Origin: Ascidiella aspersa | Lineage: Eukaryota | Length of the DNA: 64,000 nucleotides | Assembly: GCA_963924565.1 (NCBI GenBank) | Contig: OZ004612.1 | Span: forward strand, 14,570,001-14,634,000 | Direction of reading: 5' to 3' | Part shown: one piece after another, positions 63,175 to 64,000 of the stretch | Layout of the letters: every line of letters starts with the position of its first letter | How positions within the stretch are numbered: the stretch's first letter is position 1 | Position numbers and translations under genes: made by a program | The notes under the pieces: generated by a model | What the model saw: the letters and a program-made list of their open reading frames with translations, nothing else | Database searches by the model: none | What the model was told of the DNA's origin: nothing

Positions 63175-64000
63175 ATGATTGCTGTACATCCAAATTCATG
63201 CACAAACTGTCCAGTTTTACATTGCATGTCTCATATTTATGTAAATATAAAATATGTTCAAGTTGCATCAAATGTTTATATGTTTGATTGTATGATTTTC
63301 AAATATGTAATTTTCATGACATTTTTGAGATTACATATTATTTTTGTGAAAGTGTTTACTATTCTATTTAAGAACCGATCTCTCTGACTGCCTAGAGCCT
63401 TAAATGAAATTACATTGCATCTAACTGCCGTGTTTGAATTTCTGCCAAAGTACTGTAGGTCAAATGGAATATGGTCATTTTGCTTTTATTATTTTATTAT
63501 AAAATTGTAAGTATATTACTATTCATTTATTATTGAAGTAGTTACTGATTTAACTTTGAGCCATATTTTAATGCACTTTACTGTTTTAAATTTGATATCA
63601 ACTGTGATAATTTGTTGCTAGGTTTTATTGTTTTATATATTTATGTGAGATGGATCTGTCTCTTAAGTGCTCCAAATGTAAAAATACTGTCCCAGTTTAC
63701 TCATTTGGCGATCATCAAAACAAACACAATGCATTGAGAGTACTGAAATTCAAAGGAAGTAAGTTATTATTAAAGAATGTGATTTATAATTATGTCAGTT
63801 TTTTACTCAAGTAAATCACAGGCTATCGCAATATTTTCTGTTGTTTAACTCTTTACAACCAGTGACTGTTACAAATAATTTAACCGTTAAGCCCATCATC
63901 AAAACTGTGTTTTCACTAAAGTATTTTATTTTAATATTAAATTTTGTAACTAGATGTACTAATGTTTATTGAAAAATACTCTATCATGTATAATATATAT

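Overview
AT-rich, intron-dense eukaryotic DNA; composition, short introns and MITE landscape suggest an invertebrate chordate, probably an ascidian (inference). (1) About 7.6-45.8 kb (+) is one giant gene that I traced by hand through ~61 phase-consistent exons (~3,000 aa). Its domains are LRRs + LRRCT, split FN3-like, fibro-slime/PA14-like, Thr-rich linker, cadherin-like x2, discoidin (F5/8C), Cys-rich CxxC repeats, EGF x4, TSP type-3 repeats, TSP C-terminal L-lectin and LamG-like. This is a mega-thrombospondin-type ECM protein. Notable points: an embedded fibro-slime domain, an apparently disrupted signal-peptide exon, a foldback transposon that duplicated a splice donor, and a GC-AG intron. 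(2) About 47-62.4 kb is a tandem triplication of a 4-exon secreted SOUL/heme-binding gene (-). The copies are mosaic, carry copy-specific TE insertions, and each unit includes a piece of the neighbouring gene's upstream region. (3) A TEPP/SPMIP8 homologue with an uninterrupted coding region lies at 62542-63174 (+). Many hAT/Harbinger/foldback MITEs and a decayed LINE RT fragment are present. All exon coordinates were read manually and may be off by a few bases; no database searches were run.
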